In this document: positions 39,561 through 51,185 of the stretch, piece after piece
Layout: each line of letters begins with the position of its first letter
Numbering within the stretch: position 1 is the stretch's first letter
IMG/VR virus record: IMGVR_UViG_3300019776_000212
Coordinates: 1-64,000 of that record
DNA length: 64,000 bases
Reading direction: 5' to 3' (one strand)
From: a virus
Translations under genes and position numbers: made by a program
The notes under the pieces: model-generated
What the model was told of the DNA's origin: nothing
The model's input: the letters and a program-made list of their open reading frames with translations, nothing else
Database searches by the model: none

Positions 39561-40454
39561 TCACTTAATCACTCGCTTACCCACCAGATCAACCCACACC
39601 AATTCGTAATCATCGCCATCCCGATAACGAGGATCATCTGCGTTATCACGGAAATGGATCATATTGCTGTCGTCGGCATCGTCTGTGAGTGTGAACACGT
39701 CACCGATCTCGATATCAGTCTCGGAATCGTTTACACTCTTCACCTTCATACCGACCTTCCATTGACTTGGATCTTTGCTGATCTGGTAGATCTGCTCCAG
39801 AGTGTAATACTCGACCACCTCCGCAGGGGCAGTGGCAATCACCGCTTTCGCCTCAGCAATCTGTTGCTTAAGGGTTTCTTGCTCTTTCTGCAAGCCATCG
39901 AAGGCTTTATTCACCTCAGCCAGTCGCTTCTCTGCACGACCTTTCTTACTGCCAGTGCGAGTAAGACGTTTCTGTACCTTGTCCAGTACGCTCTGGAGAT
40001 TGCTCAACACCTTCTCTACTGATGTTGGGATAGGTTCCTGAGTTTCGGGGTATGCATTGATGTAAGGGCCAACCCACTCAAGTCCACGATCTTGGGTAAG
40101 GAATTTCTCCCGGTAGAAGTACCAGTTACCCTCTGCATCAAGCTTGTGCCAGCGATTAGTGTGACCAGCATAGCCGCTGTAATGGGTTGCACCATGTGGT
40201 GCATCGGACCATTTTACGTCCCGATTTGACTTAGGACCAACACTTTCATCAACCTTGGTTACACAGTCAAGGCGAACAAACCACTCATTCTTGCCGTCAG
40301 TGAACAATGGGGCGAAAGAGCCATCATCTCGTTTAAGGGTCACTACCTGACCAATTTTAAACTTGTGTACTGCAATGAGGTCTGCTGGCTTATGTTGGGC
40401 CGTGATCAGCACTTTAACGCCTTTTACGATACCCAGTTCAGATGCTTGAGACAT
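39561..40454 (-). CDS. multidomain hypothetical protein with a coiled coil
   Basis: WSDAPHGATHY module, central coiled coil; AAGGAG RBS. Confidence 0.7.
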   Translation of the reverse strand: MSQASELGIVKGVKVLITAQHKPADLIAVHKFKIGQVVTLKRDDGSFAPLFTDGKNEWFVRLDCVTKVDESVGPKSNRDVKWSDAPHGATHYSGYAGHTNRWHKLDAEGNWYFYREKFLTQDRGLEWVGPYINAYPETQEPIPTSVEKVLSNLQSVLDKVQKRLTRTGSKKGRAEKRLAEVNKAFDGLQKEQETLKQQIAEAKAVIATAPAEVVEYYTLEQIYQISKDPSQWKVGMKVKSVNDSETDIEIGDVFTLTDDADDSNMIHFRDNADDPRYRDGDDYELVWVDLVGKRVIK

Positions 40455-40463
40455 AACTACTCC

Positions 40464-40676
40464 TTATTCTATGTTAAGTGTTACAACGAAACCCAGCTCT
40501 TTGGTGTACATAAGAAGAGCATCAAGGCTGATGCCTTTGAGCTTGAGGTTTACGATCAGGTTTACCCGAGGCTGTGTGGTGTTAAGAAACACAGCCACCT
40601 CAGCCTGAGTCATATTGTTGTCTTTTGCCCACTGTGCAATGTTCTTTGCCAGTTGCACTTTCAGTGCGTCAATCAC
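40464..40676 (-). CDS. XRE-family HTH protein
   Basis: MTQAEVA..L.TTQPRV. Confidence 0.8.
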   Translation of the reverse strand: MIDALKVQLAKNIAQWAKDNNMTQAEVAVFLNTTQPRVNLIVNLKLKGISLDALLMYTKELGFVVTLNIE

Positions 40677-40930
40677 TTCAACTCAATCCGCAAAGCTTCA
40701 AGAGTCAGTGCGTAGTCACCTTCACCCTCAGGGAGGCCGAGGGCCCGTACGATGAACGGGAAGCTGCGTGGAGGGACGCACTCCAAAGTCTCGCACACAT
40801 CCATCAGATGCTCCATGTCGTAATCTTCGTCCAGCTTCATCACGTTGTGCTTCACACCTTTCTGCTCCATAAGACGTTGAGCTTGGTCGCAGGCGGCACA
40901 ATCCTTCTTACCGTAGATAATGTAAATCAC
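40673..40930 (-). CDS. glutaredoxin
   Basis: CAAC, RSFP; downstream of nrdAB. Confidence 0.8.
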   Translation of the reverse strand: MIYIIYGKKDCAACDQAQRLMEQKGVKHNVMKLDEDYDMEHLMDVCETLECVPPRSFPFIVRALGLPEGEGDYALTLEALRIELK

Positions 40931-41246
40931 AGCGATGCCTCCAATTCTTCGAGTTCTTCTTTCAGCTGTTGGATACGACGAAGCTTTTCAGTATTCTTGT
41001 TGTCGTAATGGTAGGCGAGCATATCACCCAGTGTATCGAAGTGCAACTCTTCTTTGGTGCTACCACGGAAGATATCGTCAAGGTCGAAAGTTACGAGGCC
41101 ACCCTCCATATCCTCTACCGAATCCTCTGCAAAGCTATAGAAGACAGTATAGCCGAGGTTGCGAAGGCACTCACGTGCGGCCATTGTCTCGCCACGGTTG
41201 CGGCAGGACACCGTGAACCGCTGGTGCAGTTGGAATTCAAACTTAC

Positions 41247-41732
41247 TCATTTCATTTCTCCTTGTTTGTTCAGTTGTTGCTGGGCATTATCCAGAGCTTT
41301 GTTTGCGTTGTCAAGTGCTTTCGTTGCACCTTCCACCGCAACACCGGCCTTCTCTTTCAACTTGGCAGCATCAGTTTCATTGATGTTCTCACGTGCCTTC
41401 TTGATCAGGTCACGGAACATGTCGTAGGTTTCACCAGCAATCTGCTTGGTTGCATCAGCGGTGGCCACTTTCTCAGCAGCGTAGGCACCGATCATATACC
41501 AAGTCACTTCCTTGTTCGGGGTCAATGCACCGATGATGACCAGAGCTACGCAAAGCTTCAACCAGCCGCTCTTGAACCAGAGCTTGATGTATTTGAGCTC
41601 ACCCTCACTGAACAACCAGAGCAACCCGAGAATAGCGGTGACAATCGCCGTCACGAAGAGTGCAGCACCGCCAAGCGAAATGATGAAGGGCATGACAACC
41701 ATAGTGAGGTAAACGATCAGGGCCAAGAACAT
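41247..41732 (-). CDS. membrane protein
   Basis: Three hydrophobic segments; AAGGAG RBS. Confidence 0.65.
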   Translation of the reverse strand: MFLALIVYLTMVVMPFIISLGGAALFVTAIVTAILGLLWLFSEGELKYIKLWFKSGWLKLCVALVIIGALTPNKEVTWYMIGAYAAEKVATADATKQIAGETYDMFRDLIKKARENINETDAAKLKEKAGVAVEGATKALDNANKALDNAQQQLNKQGEMK

Positions 41733-42728
41733 GAAACTCTCCTTATTTGATTACAATTTGACCCATAAGGGCGGTGAATGGGATAACTTTAGTCCCGAGG
41801 TGATCACTATTACGATCCTTGAGAATGTCGATTACAACGTGTCCGTCCTCTGTAAGCTTTACGATTCGGTAAACCATCCCAGCCCGCTTGGCATGATTGA
41901 ACTGATTACAATTCATTTGTTCACGCATCTGAATCCCCTGTCTGTGTTTGATGTTGTGTATCTTACTTTGCTGCTTTCACTGCGTCAAGCGCTTTTTGGA
42001 ATTTATCTCGTGCTTCGTGCAATTCAATAGCAGCTTGCACAAGCTCTTGTTCCAAGCTTGACAGGAAGCCCACTGGGACAGATTTTACGGGCTCGATCAA
42101 CTCAAGAGATGTTGCCAGCCATCGGGTAAAGTCTCCATCGCCAAGCTGCACCCGAACCATCTGCACACCTCCAGCCCCAATGGTGTTCTCGGCAACGACG
42201 CCAACTTTCCCGAAGAAAGTTGAAGGATAGATAATTTTCACTTTGTCGCCTACAGTAAATTTGTTCATTCCTTTTCTCCTTTATGCCCATGCCTTGAAGT
42301 AGTCTGTAGTGTATGTGGTGCCACCTCCGTCTGTCAAGCTCTTTAACACTTGGACAACACCCTTAAGTGTTACGTTGTTTCCGTCAACAAACAGTGCATC
42401 ACCCTCACGAGGTGCACAAAGTGTTATGTATTTGATGTTCTTGTCAGGCCAGAACATCAGTTGGAAGCCTGCCCGTTGGGTGACATTCAGGGTGAGGCTT
42501 GGCCTTACCAAGCACTGTCAACTCTACGAGTATGTTCCACTCCACCTTCCAAACAGGCGATCCATCTTCAATGTCACGCCAAGCTTTTACACATTTACCG
42601 GATGCAAGGAGGTGTGAGACACGCTCCGATGCGGCACTGAACATATAGTATTTCTCGAATACACCCATAAAAATAGCCTCCATTGTGGAAGACGTTGTGT
42701 CTTCGTAATGGAGGCTAGTCTACTCAGC

Positions 42729-43082
42729 TTACGGGTGGCCGTCAAGACCTTTTACGTAAGATTCGAAAGCAAGTTTTGTTGTCGTTTGCACGTAGTCGAA
42801 ATTGGCATCCTTGACAAGTGCTTGGCTGTTCCAAGCCAGAAGCTCTGCACCCATCTCAGTTTCGAAGTAGGCTTGGTTTGTACGCTTCGTTTCAAGGTCA
42901 CGGGCGTTTTCTCCTGTGTACATGCCGTTGGCGATTACACGGCTCTGTACAGGAGTCACATCGAAGTTGAAGTCAGGGATGGAAGCGTCCCCAAGCATCT
43001 TGAAGTTGGTGCCAGTGTCGCTTGTAGTGACTGTAAATAGGCCACTGGTTGGTAGGGTTGTTACTGTGATTACTGGAGTCAT
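42729..43082 (-). CDS. hypothetical protein
   Basis: AAGGA RBS. Confidence 0.6.
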   Translation of the reverse strand: MTPVITVTTLPTSGLFTVTTSDTGTNFKMLGDASIPDFNFDVTPVQSRVIANGMYTGENARDLETKRTNQAYFETEMGAELLAWNSQALVKDANFDYVQTTTKLAFESYVKGLDGHP

Positions 43083-43133
43083 TGTCTGTTCCTTGTGTGA
43101 AGGGGCAGTATTGCCTGCCCCAATTATACCACG

Positions 43134-44870
43134 TTACATACACATCTCGCAAGATTCAACACGAGAAATATCACCAGCCCCACGCTTGGAGTAGATGTAA
43201 TACAGGGAAAGAATTCCCTCATCTTCCATTGCCATCTTGTGAATGCGGCTGATGTATTCTTCACTGTCGTTTGAAGTGAAGTAGAGGTTGATACTTTGTG
43301 CTTGGTCGATGTATTTCTGACGTTGAGAGCACAGACGCAAGTGATCTTCCATTGGAATCTCAAACGCTGTACGGAACACAGCCTTCTCTTCATCGTCCAG
43401 CCAATCCACCTTCTGAACAGAGCCACCCGCATCAATGATTTGCTTGACGCATACGTCGAAATCAAGGCCACGCTCTTTGATGATCTCCAGCAACACCTTG
43501 TTCACACGGAAGAATTCGCCACCAGCAGATTGCTTGGTAAATGCCATGGCAACATCCAACCCAATGCCCTCAGAAGCCCCTGCCATCAGCTCTGCCGTCG
43601 ATTTGGTCGGAGGCATCATCATTGTAGTGGCATTACGTTGCCCCAGCCCTTTGCAGCCCTCAGGCTCTCCCAGCACCACTGCCAACCACTCTGTGGCTTC
43701 GTAGGCTTGCTTCTTCATGCCTTTGAAGATTTGGGTGTTCAAGAACATAGCCTCCATGCTCGACACACTCATACGCTCACGTTGGAGCAGTGTGTGGAAG
43801 CCAAGCACACCAGACCCAAGTGCACGGAATTCTTTAGTGAATTTCATGATCTTGGCCATTGCACGGCGGTCTTGCTCGGACAGAGTCTCTTCCATGGTTT
43901 CGATGTATTCACTGATGTTGCAGTCAGACATCACTTGACCAATGAACACCAAACGCTTAGGCCATGTACGGTACAGCTCAAGGTTGTAGTTGAGGATTAC
44001 GCAAGAGAACGTGTACAAGTCCGAAGACGGCAAGCAGGTTTCTTGGCAGAGGTTGCTTGCTTCGACGCGCAAGCCCATACGCTTAAACGCTTTCGCCAAG
44101 TGACGGTTCATCTTATCAATGAAGGTGAAATAGCCCTTACCCCTCACCATCTTGATCCAGAGGATTCGGTTCCAGAACTTCAACACTTTCGGGTTCTTGG
44201 CTTTCATCTCTTCTTGCCACTTATCGCACAGCAACCAACCTACGTTGTTACTCTCTGTACGGTTGTACAGGTGATCAGCCACTTTCTCAGCATCGCCATG
44301 GAATGGGCTGATAGAGTATGCACAGGAACCAGCACGCGGGCCTTGAGCCACGTCCTCCATCACATCAATAGTGTCGTGGACGATTGGCATTACACCTTTC
44401 GAATAGCCACCACGGATCTTCTGGCCTTCGTGTGGCCATGCGTTCAACGAGAATGACGTACCGTGAGAGTGCTTTGTAAGGATTGCAATCTCAGTCATCA
44501 TGTGGTAGCGGTCATACAGGTTGTTGTTGATTACACCACCAGCACAGCTCACTGTAGTGCCTTGATGACGCAAGCCAGCGTTCGCCAGCATTGGCGTAGA
44601 CGGGCTGATAAAGCCATCCCACAGGGTGTTAAAGAACACCTGCTCCCAACTCAAACCCTTGGTGTAAGGATCTTCATTCCACCATGTTGGTGTAATTGTT
44701 GGTGCGTGTTTTGCCATAGTCCTTGCAAGGGTTTGGAACCGGCTTCTCACCGATTCCCCCTTGTGGCTATAGCGTTTCATGAACAACTGGAATCCACCAG
44801 TGGTGTACCAGCTTGGGCACTCACCGTCAATGATTGCCTGTTTACGTTGTGCACTATAGTCTACTGTCAT
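43134..44870 (-). CDS. nrdA: ribonucleotide reductase class I alpha subunit
   Basis: STPMLAN, VSC, SNLCQE, PPTKS, QSIN, SLYY, C-terminal CEMC. Confidence 0.93.
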   Translation of the reverse strand: MTVDYSAQRKQAIIDGECPSWYTTGGFQLFMKRYSHKGESVRSRFQTLARTMAKHAPTITPTWWNEDPYTKGLSWEQVFFNTLWDGFISPSTPMLANAGLRHQGTTVSCAGGVINNNLYDRYHMMTEIAILTKHSHGTSFSLNAWPHEGQKIRGGYSKGVMPIVHDTIDVMEDVAQGPRAGSCAYSISPFHGDAEKVADHLYNRTESNNVGWLLCDKWQEEMKAKNPKVLKFWNRILWIKMVRGKGYFTFIDKMNRHLAKAFKRMGLRVEASNLCQETCLPSSDLYTFSCVILNYNLELYRTWPKRLVFIGQVMSDCNISEYIETMEETLSEQDRRAMAKIMKFTKEFRALGSGVLGFHTLLQRERMSVSSMEAMFLNTQIFKGMKKQAYEATEWLAVVLGEPEGCKGLGQRNATTMMMPPTKSTAELMAGASEGIGLDVAMAFTKQSAGGEFFRVNKVLLEIIKERGLDFDVCVKQIIDAGGSVQKVDWLDDEEKAVFRTAFEIPMEDHLRLCSQRQKYIDQAQSINLYFTSNDSEEYISRIHKMAMEDEGILSLYYIYSKRGAGDISRVESCEMCM

Positions 44871-45946
44871 TACTGTTCCTCTGTCCAAGCAGCCGAGAAG
44901 CATTCTTCCTTCCAGCCCATTTCGTATTCCATTCCCATGCCACTTGAGAAGAAGTCAACCATCTTATAGGCGTAGGTGTTCATTTCAAACCAATCTTTGA
45001 TTGGGGTTTCATCGTCCTCAAACGCAGGATCAAGTCCGATTCGAGTAAGGAAGATATTCAGACGATAGCGAACGAAGGCTTTGAAGTCTTCTTTTGTCAT
45101 GCCGTTCAGCTTATCAGTGAGGAACGCCATATCGATGATTCGGCATTCATGCTCGTAAGCATAATTCACAGCCTCGTAAATCTTGACCACACGTTCTGTA
45201 TCTTCTTTAAGTGGCCTTCCAAGCTCTCTGTACCGTTGGTTGATAATCTCAGCCGACATGACGCCGTGCAAGTCTTCGTCAACAGCACTCTGGTTTGCAC
45301 CACGAGCAATCACAGAGATTTCATTGTGACCATTTGACTGGAACGACTTAAGAATGGCGAACGAGGAGAACAACAGAGCTGTCTCTGTCATGCTGAACAC
45401 GATAGTGGACAACACTTTGTCTTCACCAGACAACACCTTATCAAGCCATTCTACACGTGCAGCAAGAACTGGATCGTCAGCGAACGCCAGATAATCCTCA
45501 TCCTTGTCCATTCCCAACACTTGGTTGATCTGGTTGTAGAATTCAGCGTGCACAGCAAGTTCCATCATGCCGAGGATGGAAGCAGCAAGCTTAACCTCTG
45601 GCCGTGGGAACTCACGAATTACCATACCGTTCCAGAACTCTTCACCAACAATCAACTCATAACGCAGGAAGAGCTGCAACACGGTCTTAACAGCGTGGAG
45701 TTGTTCAGGGCTAAGTTCGTACAGCAGCTGCATCTTATCACGCTCTACGATCATCTCGCTAGAGAACCACAGCTTTTCTTCAAGCTGTTGGTTTGCAAGC
45801 TTCACAATCTCAGGGTAGTGACGTGTGTAAGAGAGGGTTGGGGTTTGAATCTGTGTCTTGCGGTTCCAGTCAAACACTCCTGTGCTGTCGAGCACTGGTG
45901 TCTGAACAAGAGGGGCCTGTACGGCCCCAGTTGTTGCTTCTGTCAT
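44870..45946 (-). CDS. nrdB: ribonucleotide reductase beta subunit
   Basis: E.AVH..FY, LFSSF, DEDLH, DFF. Confidence 0.92.
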   Translation of the reverse strand: MTEATTGAVQAPLVQTPVLDSTGVFDWNRKTQIQTPTLSYTRHYPEIVKLANQQLEEKLWFSSEMIVERDKMQLLYELSPEQLHAVKTVLQLFLRYELIVGEEFWNGMVIREFPRPEVKLAASILGMMELAVHAEFYNQINQVLGMDKDEDYLAFADDPVLAARVEWLDKVLSGEDKVLSTIVFSMTETALLFSSFAILKSFQSNGHNEISVIARGANQSAVDEDLHGVMSAEIINQRYRELGRPLKEDTERVVKIYEAVNYAYEHECRIIDMAFLTDKLNGMTKEDFKAFVRYRLNIFLTRIGLDPAFEDDETPIKDWFEMNTYAYKMVDFFSSGMGMEYEMGWKEECFSAAWTEEQ

Positions 45947-46302
45947 TCGTAGCGCTCCGATGTTCCTTGGTAACTCATTACACGAAGATCTTTGCGGAGG
46001 TGCTTGTCACCTACAGCAGCGATACGTGCGTCCATACTTGCACAGCCAGTGGCCAGCCAAGCTTTATCAGTACGCTCAAAGCCCTGAACACGAATACCGG
46101 TAAACTCAATCCGGTTGATTGTTCTATGTGTGCAGCGGTGAAGTTCATACCCCTTAGTGAGGTCAAATCCGTTTGTATGAAGTGTGGCTTCTACAAACTT
46201 GGTGTTGCCGTTTTCGTAAGCTTCTTTGAATCCTGTAATCAAATACAGATCATGAAAACTCAGGGCATACTCTGGGCTATTATGTTGTTTATTGTCAGCC
46301 AT
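45943..46302 (-). CDS. hypothetical protein
   Basis: AGGAG RBS; between thyX and nrdB. Confidence 0.7.
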   Translation of the reverse strand: MADNKQHNSPEYALSFHDLYLITGFKEAYENGNTKFVEATLHTNGFDLTKGYELHRCTHRTINRIEFTGIRVQGFERTDKAWLATGCASMDARIAAVGDKHLRKDLRVMSYQGTSERYE

Positions 46303-46304
46303 AA

Positions 46305-47252
46305 TTACATCTCCTGCTTGACGTTATTCGGAATCAATTGACGATGTTGCACGAAGCCAAGCAAGTTACCAGACCAGAAACGCCCTTGTCGATCAAGGTG
46401 TGTTACACCAGCTGGCCAGTCAGCGTCTCCTGAACTTTGGCAGTCGAAGCAGAAGAACTCAAGGTCAATCGGAGTTGCTTGGTGTTCGAACGGGCTGGCA
46501 TGCACAGGTTCACTCTCAACCAGACGTTTGTAAATGTCCTTGGCTTTCTGCAAGTCATCATTCAATGCACGGAAACTTACCTGAGCACAACACGAAGCAC
46601 TCACCATCAAGGCGTCTTCAAGAGTGTACTCTGTCATCAGACCCAGTGGCTTGTCGAAGTAGCGGATACGCCCTTCAAGGTCACGCACGGTGTAGATGTA
46701 CGGAAGGTGCCAGTCACCCGGTTCAAGGTCGAATGGTTCAGCAGAATCCAGAGCTTCGATTGCAACACGGGCCAGCTCTTTGATCTCGGGTTGTGCATCC
46801 TTGTGGAAGCGAAGCCAGTTCCAGTTTTCCCAGCATGTCGATGTAACAACAGTCTTCATAATCTGGAAGGGTTCCAGAACACGATTCACCACCTGCTTGT
46901 GCAAACCGATACGATCCATACCCTCAGCAGCCCCAGCGGCAAGCTGGGCTGCGTTCTTCCACAGGTAGATGGCTACCTTACGGAGGATTGGGTTAAGCTC
47001 TTCCTGAGCTTGCATACCAGCCTGATTACGCCCCCAATGAATCGGGAATGCAGGGTTTGTCTTCACCTGTTCAATCATTTTCTTGATTGGAATGGCACGA
47101 GAGCTTGCAGCGTTACGGGAGAACAGACGATGAGTCATCAGTTCACCGTGAATGAAACGGGGGTAGTAGAACTCGAAGGTTGCGATCTTACGGCCTGTGC
47201 GTTTGCAGCGGCTGTAGGCAATTACTTTTGCTGTGATTTGTACCGGGGTCAT
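46305..47252 (-). CDS. thyX: FAD-dependent thymidylate synthase
   Basis: ELMTHRLFSRNAASSRAIP, AQPEI, HASPFEH. Confidence 0.9.
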   Translation of the reverse strand: MTPVQITAKVIAYSRCKRTGRKIATFEFYYPRFIHGELMTHRLFSRNAASSRAIPIKKMIEQVKTNPAFPIHWGRNQAGMQAQEELNPILRKVAIYLWKNAAQLAAGAAEGMDRIGLHKQVVNRVLEPFQIMKTVVTSTCWENWNWLRFHKDAQPEIKELARVAIEALDSAEPFDLEPGDWHLPYIYTVRDLEGRIRYFDKPLGLMTEYTLEDALMVSASCCAQVSFRALNDDLQKAKDIYKRLVESEPVHASPFEHQATPIDLEFFCFDCQSSGDADWPAGVTHLDRQGRFWSGNLLGFVQHRQLIPNNVKQEM

Positions 47253-47429
47253 GCCCAAACTCCAACATGGGAAAGAGCGATGGCCATGAAGCAATACAGC
47301 TCCATGATCTGAGTCATCAGAAATGGACCAATGGCACACTCGGTTTTAAATTCTTGCCACATGATTATCTCCTTGTGTTGTTGAGGGAGAAGATTGTACT
47401 CCAATCCTCCCCTATATGTCAACTACTTG

Positions 47430-48038
47430 TTAACGCTCCTCTGCAAACTCACCACGGAGCAGCAGTTCCAGCTGGGCCAGCACTCCGAATGCCTCGTGAG
47501 CCTTGTGCACGATCTTGCTTTCATGATCCACACAATCAGTTGGTGCAAGGCTGTCAACGATACGTTGCTTGATGTAGTCTGTACGGTGACGGCTTGCAGC
47601 GGCAGCAAGAGCCACCTCAGCGTTCGGAAGGTTCTGCCAGTCGTGGTCTTTGTAACCTTTGGCAGTTTGTGCCCAAGTCATCACTTTGGCCACTTCCCGA
47701 AGTGCCAGAGGGAATCCATCGTCTACAAGCTCCACCCTCACCTTACCAACTTTTCGGGTGGTCAGGTCAGGTCGATACACACCTTCTACATCAGCTGGTG
47801 TAATCGTATCTGGACAGTTGACAGTGTTGTCCACTTTTTGTGGGGATTCAATGATGGCCCATTCGCCATCATCAACAAAGCGAGTGACCTGATCAACTGT
47901 CCAGTCAATCTTATCGGTGGTTGTATGGCCCTCTGACTTATACCAACTTACAATGTACCCACCATCAAGAAGCTCTGCATGGTAAACTTCGTTGTCCCCA
48001 TAAAGGAACGAGAACGATTTTGGAAGATTATTACTCAT
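47430..48038 (-). CDS. dATP/dGTP diphosphohydrolase-domain protein (DUF5664-like)
   Basis: GK.R.EL...AL.EVAKVMT..A..Y...W...A..RH...D.ES...H.AH. Confidence 0.7.
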   Translation of the reverse strand: MSNNLPKSFSFLYGDNEVYHAELLDGGYIVSWYKSEGHTTTDKIDWTVDQVTRFVDDGEWAIIESPQKVDNTVNCPDTITPADVEGVYRPDLTTRKVGKVRVELVDDGFPLALREVAKVMTWAQTAKGYKDHDWQNLPNAEVALAAAASRHRTDYIKQRIVDSLAPTDCVDHESKIVHKAHEAFGVLAQLELLLRGEFAEER

Positions 48039-48567
48039 CTTTCACCTCCACTTCCACAGGTTTAATTCCAAGAGTCTCAAGCTCTTTTTCGATTGTCTGT
48101 GCTGCAACTTTGAGGCTCAGGTAGATGGACAAGGCTGCCTCATCATCTCCATCAAAGCGATCAAACAGTTCTGCAACTGTAGTGAGTACAGCTTGATATA
48201 CGTCAGGGCGGATAAGCCCGTCTCCATTTGCTTGGGTCATCATTTCTCCTTAACAAATTGCTGGTGGAATTCCAGTGTGAGTGTGACCAATTTTAGTCCA
48301 GTCAATTACCCTTGGTGGCATCCATCCGGGTGTAACCTCATCTTGCACAATTTTTGGCCATTTGAGATCCACTGGTTGTTGGACTCCATTATCTCGATTA
48401 GGGGTCTGCTTGTCAAACACTTTTGCAAGGTGATCTTTGATGATGAGCCACTGTACATCGTTCGGAGTTTGTCCATTAATCTCTACATAACCTTGGAGCC
48501 AGTATGCAAAATTAAGTGCTTCCATTTATATCTCCTATAAAGAAAGGGCGCTTAAGCGCCCTATTGG

Positions 48568-49359
48568 TTAGGCGTACTTCGCCTTGAGGTAGTTAAGGGA
48601 CACAGGCATTGGAAGGCCAAAGCCATCTTTCACTTCATGGATCAACGTGATGCCACGGAAATGGTCATTGCCCTGATGGCCTTTGTACTCTTCGTCATGA
48701 TCATAGCATGCACCGTTGATCAAGCCGAGCTTCATCTTACCACACAGTTGGTTGTCAAGGATAGCAATATCCAGAGTTTGACGATGACCCATCACGAAGC
48801 TGTCACCAACTTGCTTGAGGATGTTAAGAGCCTTGCCTCCCATAGCCTTGCCGTTCATTGGGTGTTGGATGTAATGTACATAGTGGATGCCGTCCACCTT
48901 TACAGGCTTCAAGAACTCGCCCACTTTCCAACCCATTTCTGAAAGTGGGAGGGTATCTACACCAACAAATCCATCAAGCTCTGGGTTGTCATTTGCGTAA
49001 CGGTTGAAGCGCTCTTCATGGTTGCCCGGAATGAAGATGAGTTCGGGATCATATACTTTCTTTCTGTTTGCACGCTGTCGTTCTTGAAGTGCACGAAGTG
49101 GAGCAAGCAGAAGTCGCATACCCTCGTTACCCGCTTCAATGTCGTCCTTCAAACGACGGCCTTCCATCACTCGCTTACCCTTATCGTAGCTCGACAGGCT
49201 TGGGAAGTCATAGTGATCACCGATGTGAATCCAGACGTCAGGACGCTTCTCAACAAGGTACTCACCAACCCAACGCATATAGTCAAGACTTACTCCGGGT
49301 TTTGCCTGTGTATCTGCAATTACAGCGTGTGTACGCCCAATCTTAACTTTCTTTGCCAC
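48568..49359 (-). CDS. metallophosphoesterase
   Basis: ADTQ, IGDHYD, GNHE, MGH. Confidence 0.85.
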   Translation of the reverse strand: MAKKVKIGRTHAVIADTQAKPGVSLDYMRWVGEYLVEKRPDVWIHIGDHYDFPSLSSYDKGKRVMEGRRLKDDIEAGNEGMRLLLAPLRALQERQRANRKKVYDPELIFIPGNHEERFNRYANDNPELDGFVGVDTLPLSEMGWKVGEFLKPVKVDGIHYVHYIQHPMNGKAMGGKALNILKQVGDSFVMGHRQTLDIAILDNQLCGKMKLGLINGACYDHDEEYKGHQGNDHFRGITLIHEVKDGFGLPMPVSLNYLKAKYA

Positions 49360-49767
49360 TATTGGTTCTCCTTTCTAAAACGGTTGGCCTCTGCAATGAG
49401 GTCAGGGTACTGAGACTCAATGTCTGTGTGGAACAAGGCGTCTTGGAGGTCGAAGATAAGCTCCAGAGCTTTCTTAAGCGAGCCCGGCTTCTCCAGTTTG
49501 TACTCCATCACCTCAACAATGTCAGACACTTTGTCAAATGGAATGCTGTTTCGATAGCTTTGGCGCCGCTCTTTAAGGTATGGGTGATCAGGGAAAACTT
49601 CAAGAAGTTCACGCATGCTGGAGTAGGACAGACCAGAGGTGGTCATGGAAGCCTTGGCGTGACCAGCAGCATTCCAGATATACTTACCACTGTTCATGTG
49701 CAGAAATTTGTCTGTACCTTTGATTCTGAGTTTGACTGGCATTACTTACCTCCTTTAGGATGAAGCC

Positions 49768-50310
49768 CTATTTCAGGGCTTCTACAATTTGCTTTCGGCG
49801 TTCAGCAACAGTTCGTGCTGGCTCTATGCCGCGTTGAAGAAGCCACGACTTTACCACAGCAGCAGGCTGTTTGCAAATGGCAATTGCTTCTTTTTCACGT
49901 GCAGCGTCTTCCTTACTCATCCCTTGACGTTCTGAGTAGGTTTTGATCTTGTGGCATGATTTGCAGAGGATTGCAAGGTCTTCCTTCCTGACGAACACAA
50001 TGCCCTCCACAAACGCCTGAATGTCAGATGACTTTCTGAGGCTGTGTTCACCTGTCTTGTGATCCACTTCAATCTCTTTCTGTGTTACAAGCTTATTACA
50101 CTCTTCGCACTGTGCACCCCATACCTGAGCCTTAGCGCCTTTACGTGTAGAGGGGTTTGGGATCATCACGCGACGGTCTTTCATAAACTCCAACTTCACT
50201 GGGTTCTTAGACCAGAGATACCTCCTAATCCCACCCCTGATCCAAGATAACCAAGCCGACTCTGTTTTCCAGATTTCAGGGTAAATTTCCCAAGGACGAT
50301 ACTCAGCCAT
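49768..50310 (-). CDS. HNH-type endonuclease
   Basis: CEEC..EVDH...LCKSCHK. Confidence 0.75.
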   Translation of the reverse strand: MAEYRPWEIYPEIWKTESAWLSWIRGGIRRYLWSKNPVKLEFMKDRRVMIPNPSTRKGAKAQVWGAQCEECNKLVTQKEIEVDHKTGEHSLRKSSDIQAFVEGIVFVRKEDLAILCKSCHKIKTYSERQGMSKEDAAREKEAIAICKQPAAVVKSWLLQRGIEPARTVAERRKQIVEALK

Positions 50311-50809
50311 GATTAAAATACCCCTTATGAGCCTTCTCACGGTAAGCTACCATAGCTTCACGTGCCTCTTCGATACTTGAAAAGAGTCCGATCTGTTTGT
50401 GCCTACCATTCTCAGAGATAGTGGCTCGCCATTTTGAAGTGGCCTTGTGCCAGCTGACACCTTTGACGCCAGATGTGTTCCTTTTTGTGAGCTTCATATT
50501 GTACATGTTCTGCCTGTTTGTTGCCAGCCTCAGATTATCAATCCTATTGTCCTCCCCATTACCGTTGATATGGTCAATGAGTCTTGGCGCTGGTTCGCCG
50601 TAATACAGGAGCCAGCAAACCCTGTGTACATAGTATTGGACTTTATTGTAGTGCAACCTGAGGTGCCCCTTACCGTTCGAATTTCCGGCGACAGAGCCTG
50701 CAAGACACTTACCTGCACGAACCTTTCTGATAAGGTTTCCAGTTGTGCTGTCGTAAGAGAAGAGTTTATCAGCCTCTTCAAAGCTCAAGTCATTAACCCC
50801 ATTCGGCAT
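50303..50809 (-). CDS. HNH-AP2 homing endonuclease
   Basis: VHR...IDHING...DNRIDNLR, NTSGVKGV, AP2-like C-terminus. Confidence 0.9.
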   Translation of the reverse strand: MPNGVNDLSFEEADKLFSYDSTTGNLIRKVRAGKCLAGSVAGNSNGKGHLRLHYNKVQYYVHRVCWLLYYGEPAPRLIDHINGNGEDNRIDNLRLATNRQNMYNMKLTKRNTSGVKGVSWHKATSKWRATISENGRHKQIGLFSSIEEAREAMVAYREKAHKGYFNHG

Positions 50810-51185
50810 GATATGCCTCCTCCGGTGTCATCCCACATTCATGATAGTCTTCATACATGAATGGTGAGTTTACAATAAGGTCGGTAATGCCACAGGTGCC
50901 AGATTGACTGGAATAATCCACAAGTGCAAAGAACCACTCTTCAAAGCTCACTCGTGGTACTCCTTACATAGGCTTTGGATGCCTCATACAAACACGCAAT
51001 CAAATCAATTTTCATTGGGTCACCAGCCTTCACAAGTTGGTGAGGGTTGTTGGTGTAGAGGATGGCCCAATTAATCCACTCAAATGGTATATGTTGAATT
51101 GCGTACTCGCCTGTTGCCAACCTGAACATAACATCACTGTTTGGCTTGGAAACCCAAGTGTCTTCCCCTACTATACGTTTAGACA

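Noticed and set aside
40464-40676. HTH gene as a prophage repressor
   Set aside because: No integrase or lysogeny module; the gene sits within a lytic operon
47430-48038. Modified-base genome (Z base or 7-deazaguanine) implied by the dATP/dGTP diphosphohydrolase
   Set aside because: No purZ, dpdA or que/folE genes seen in this window
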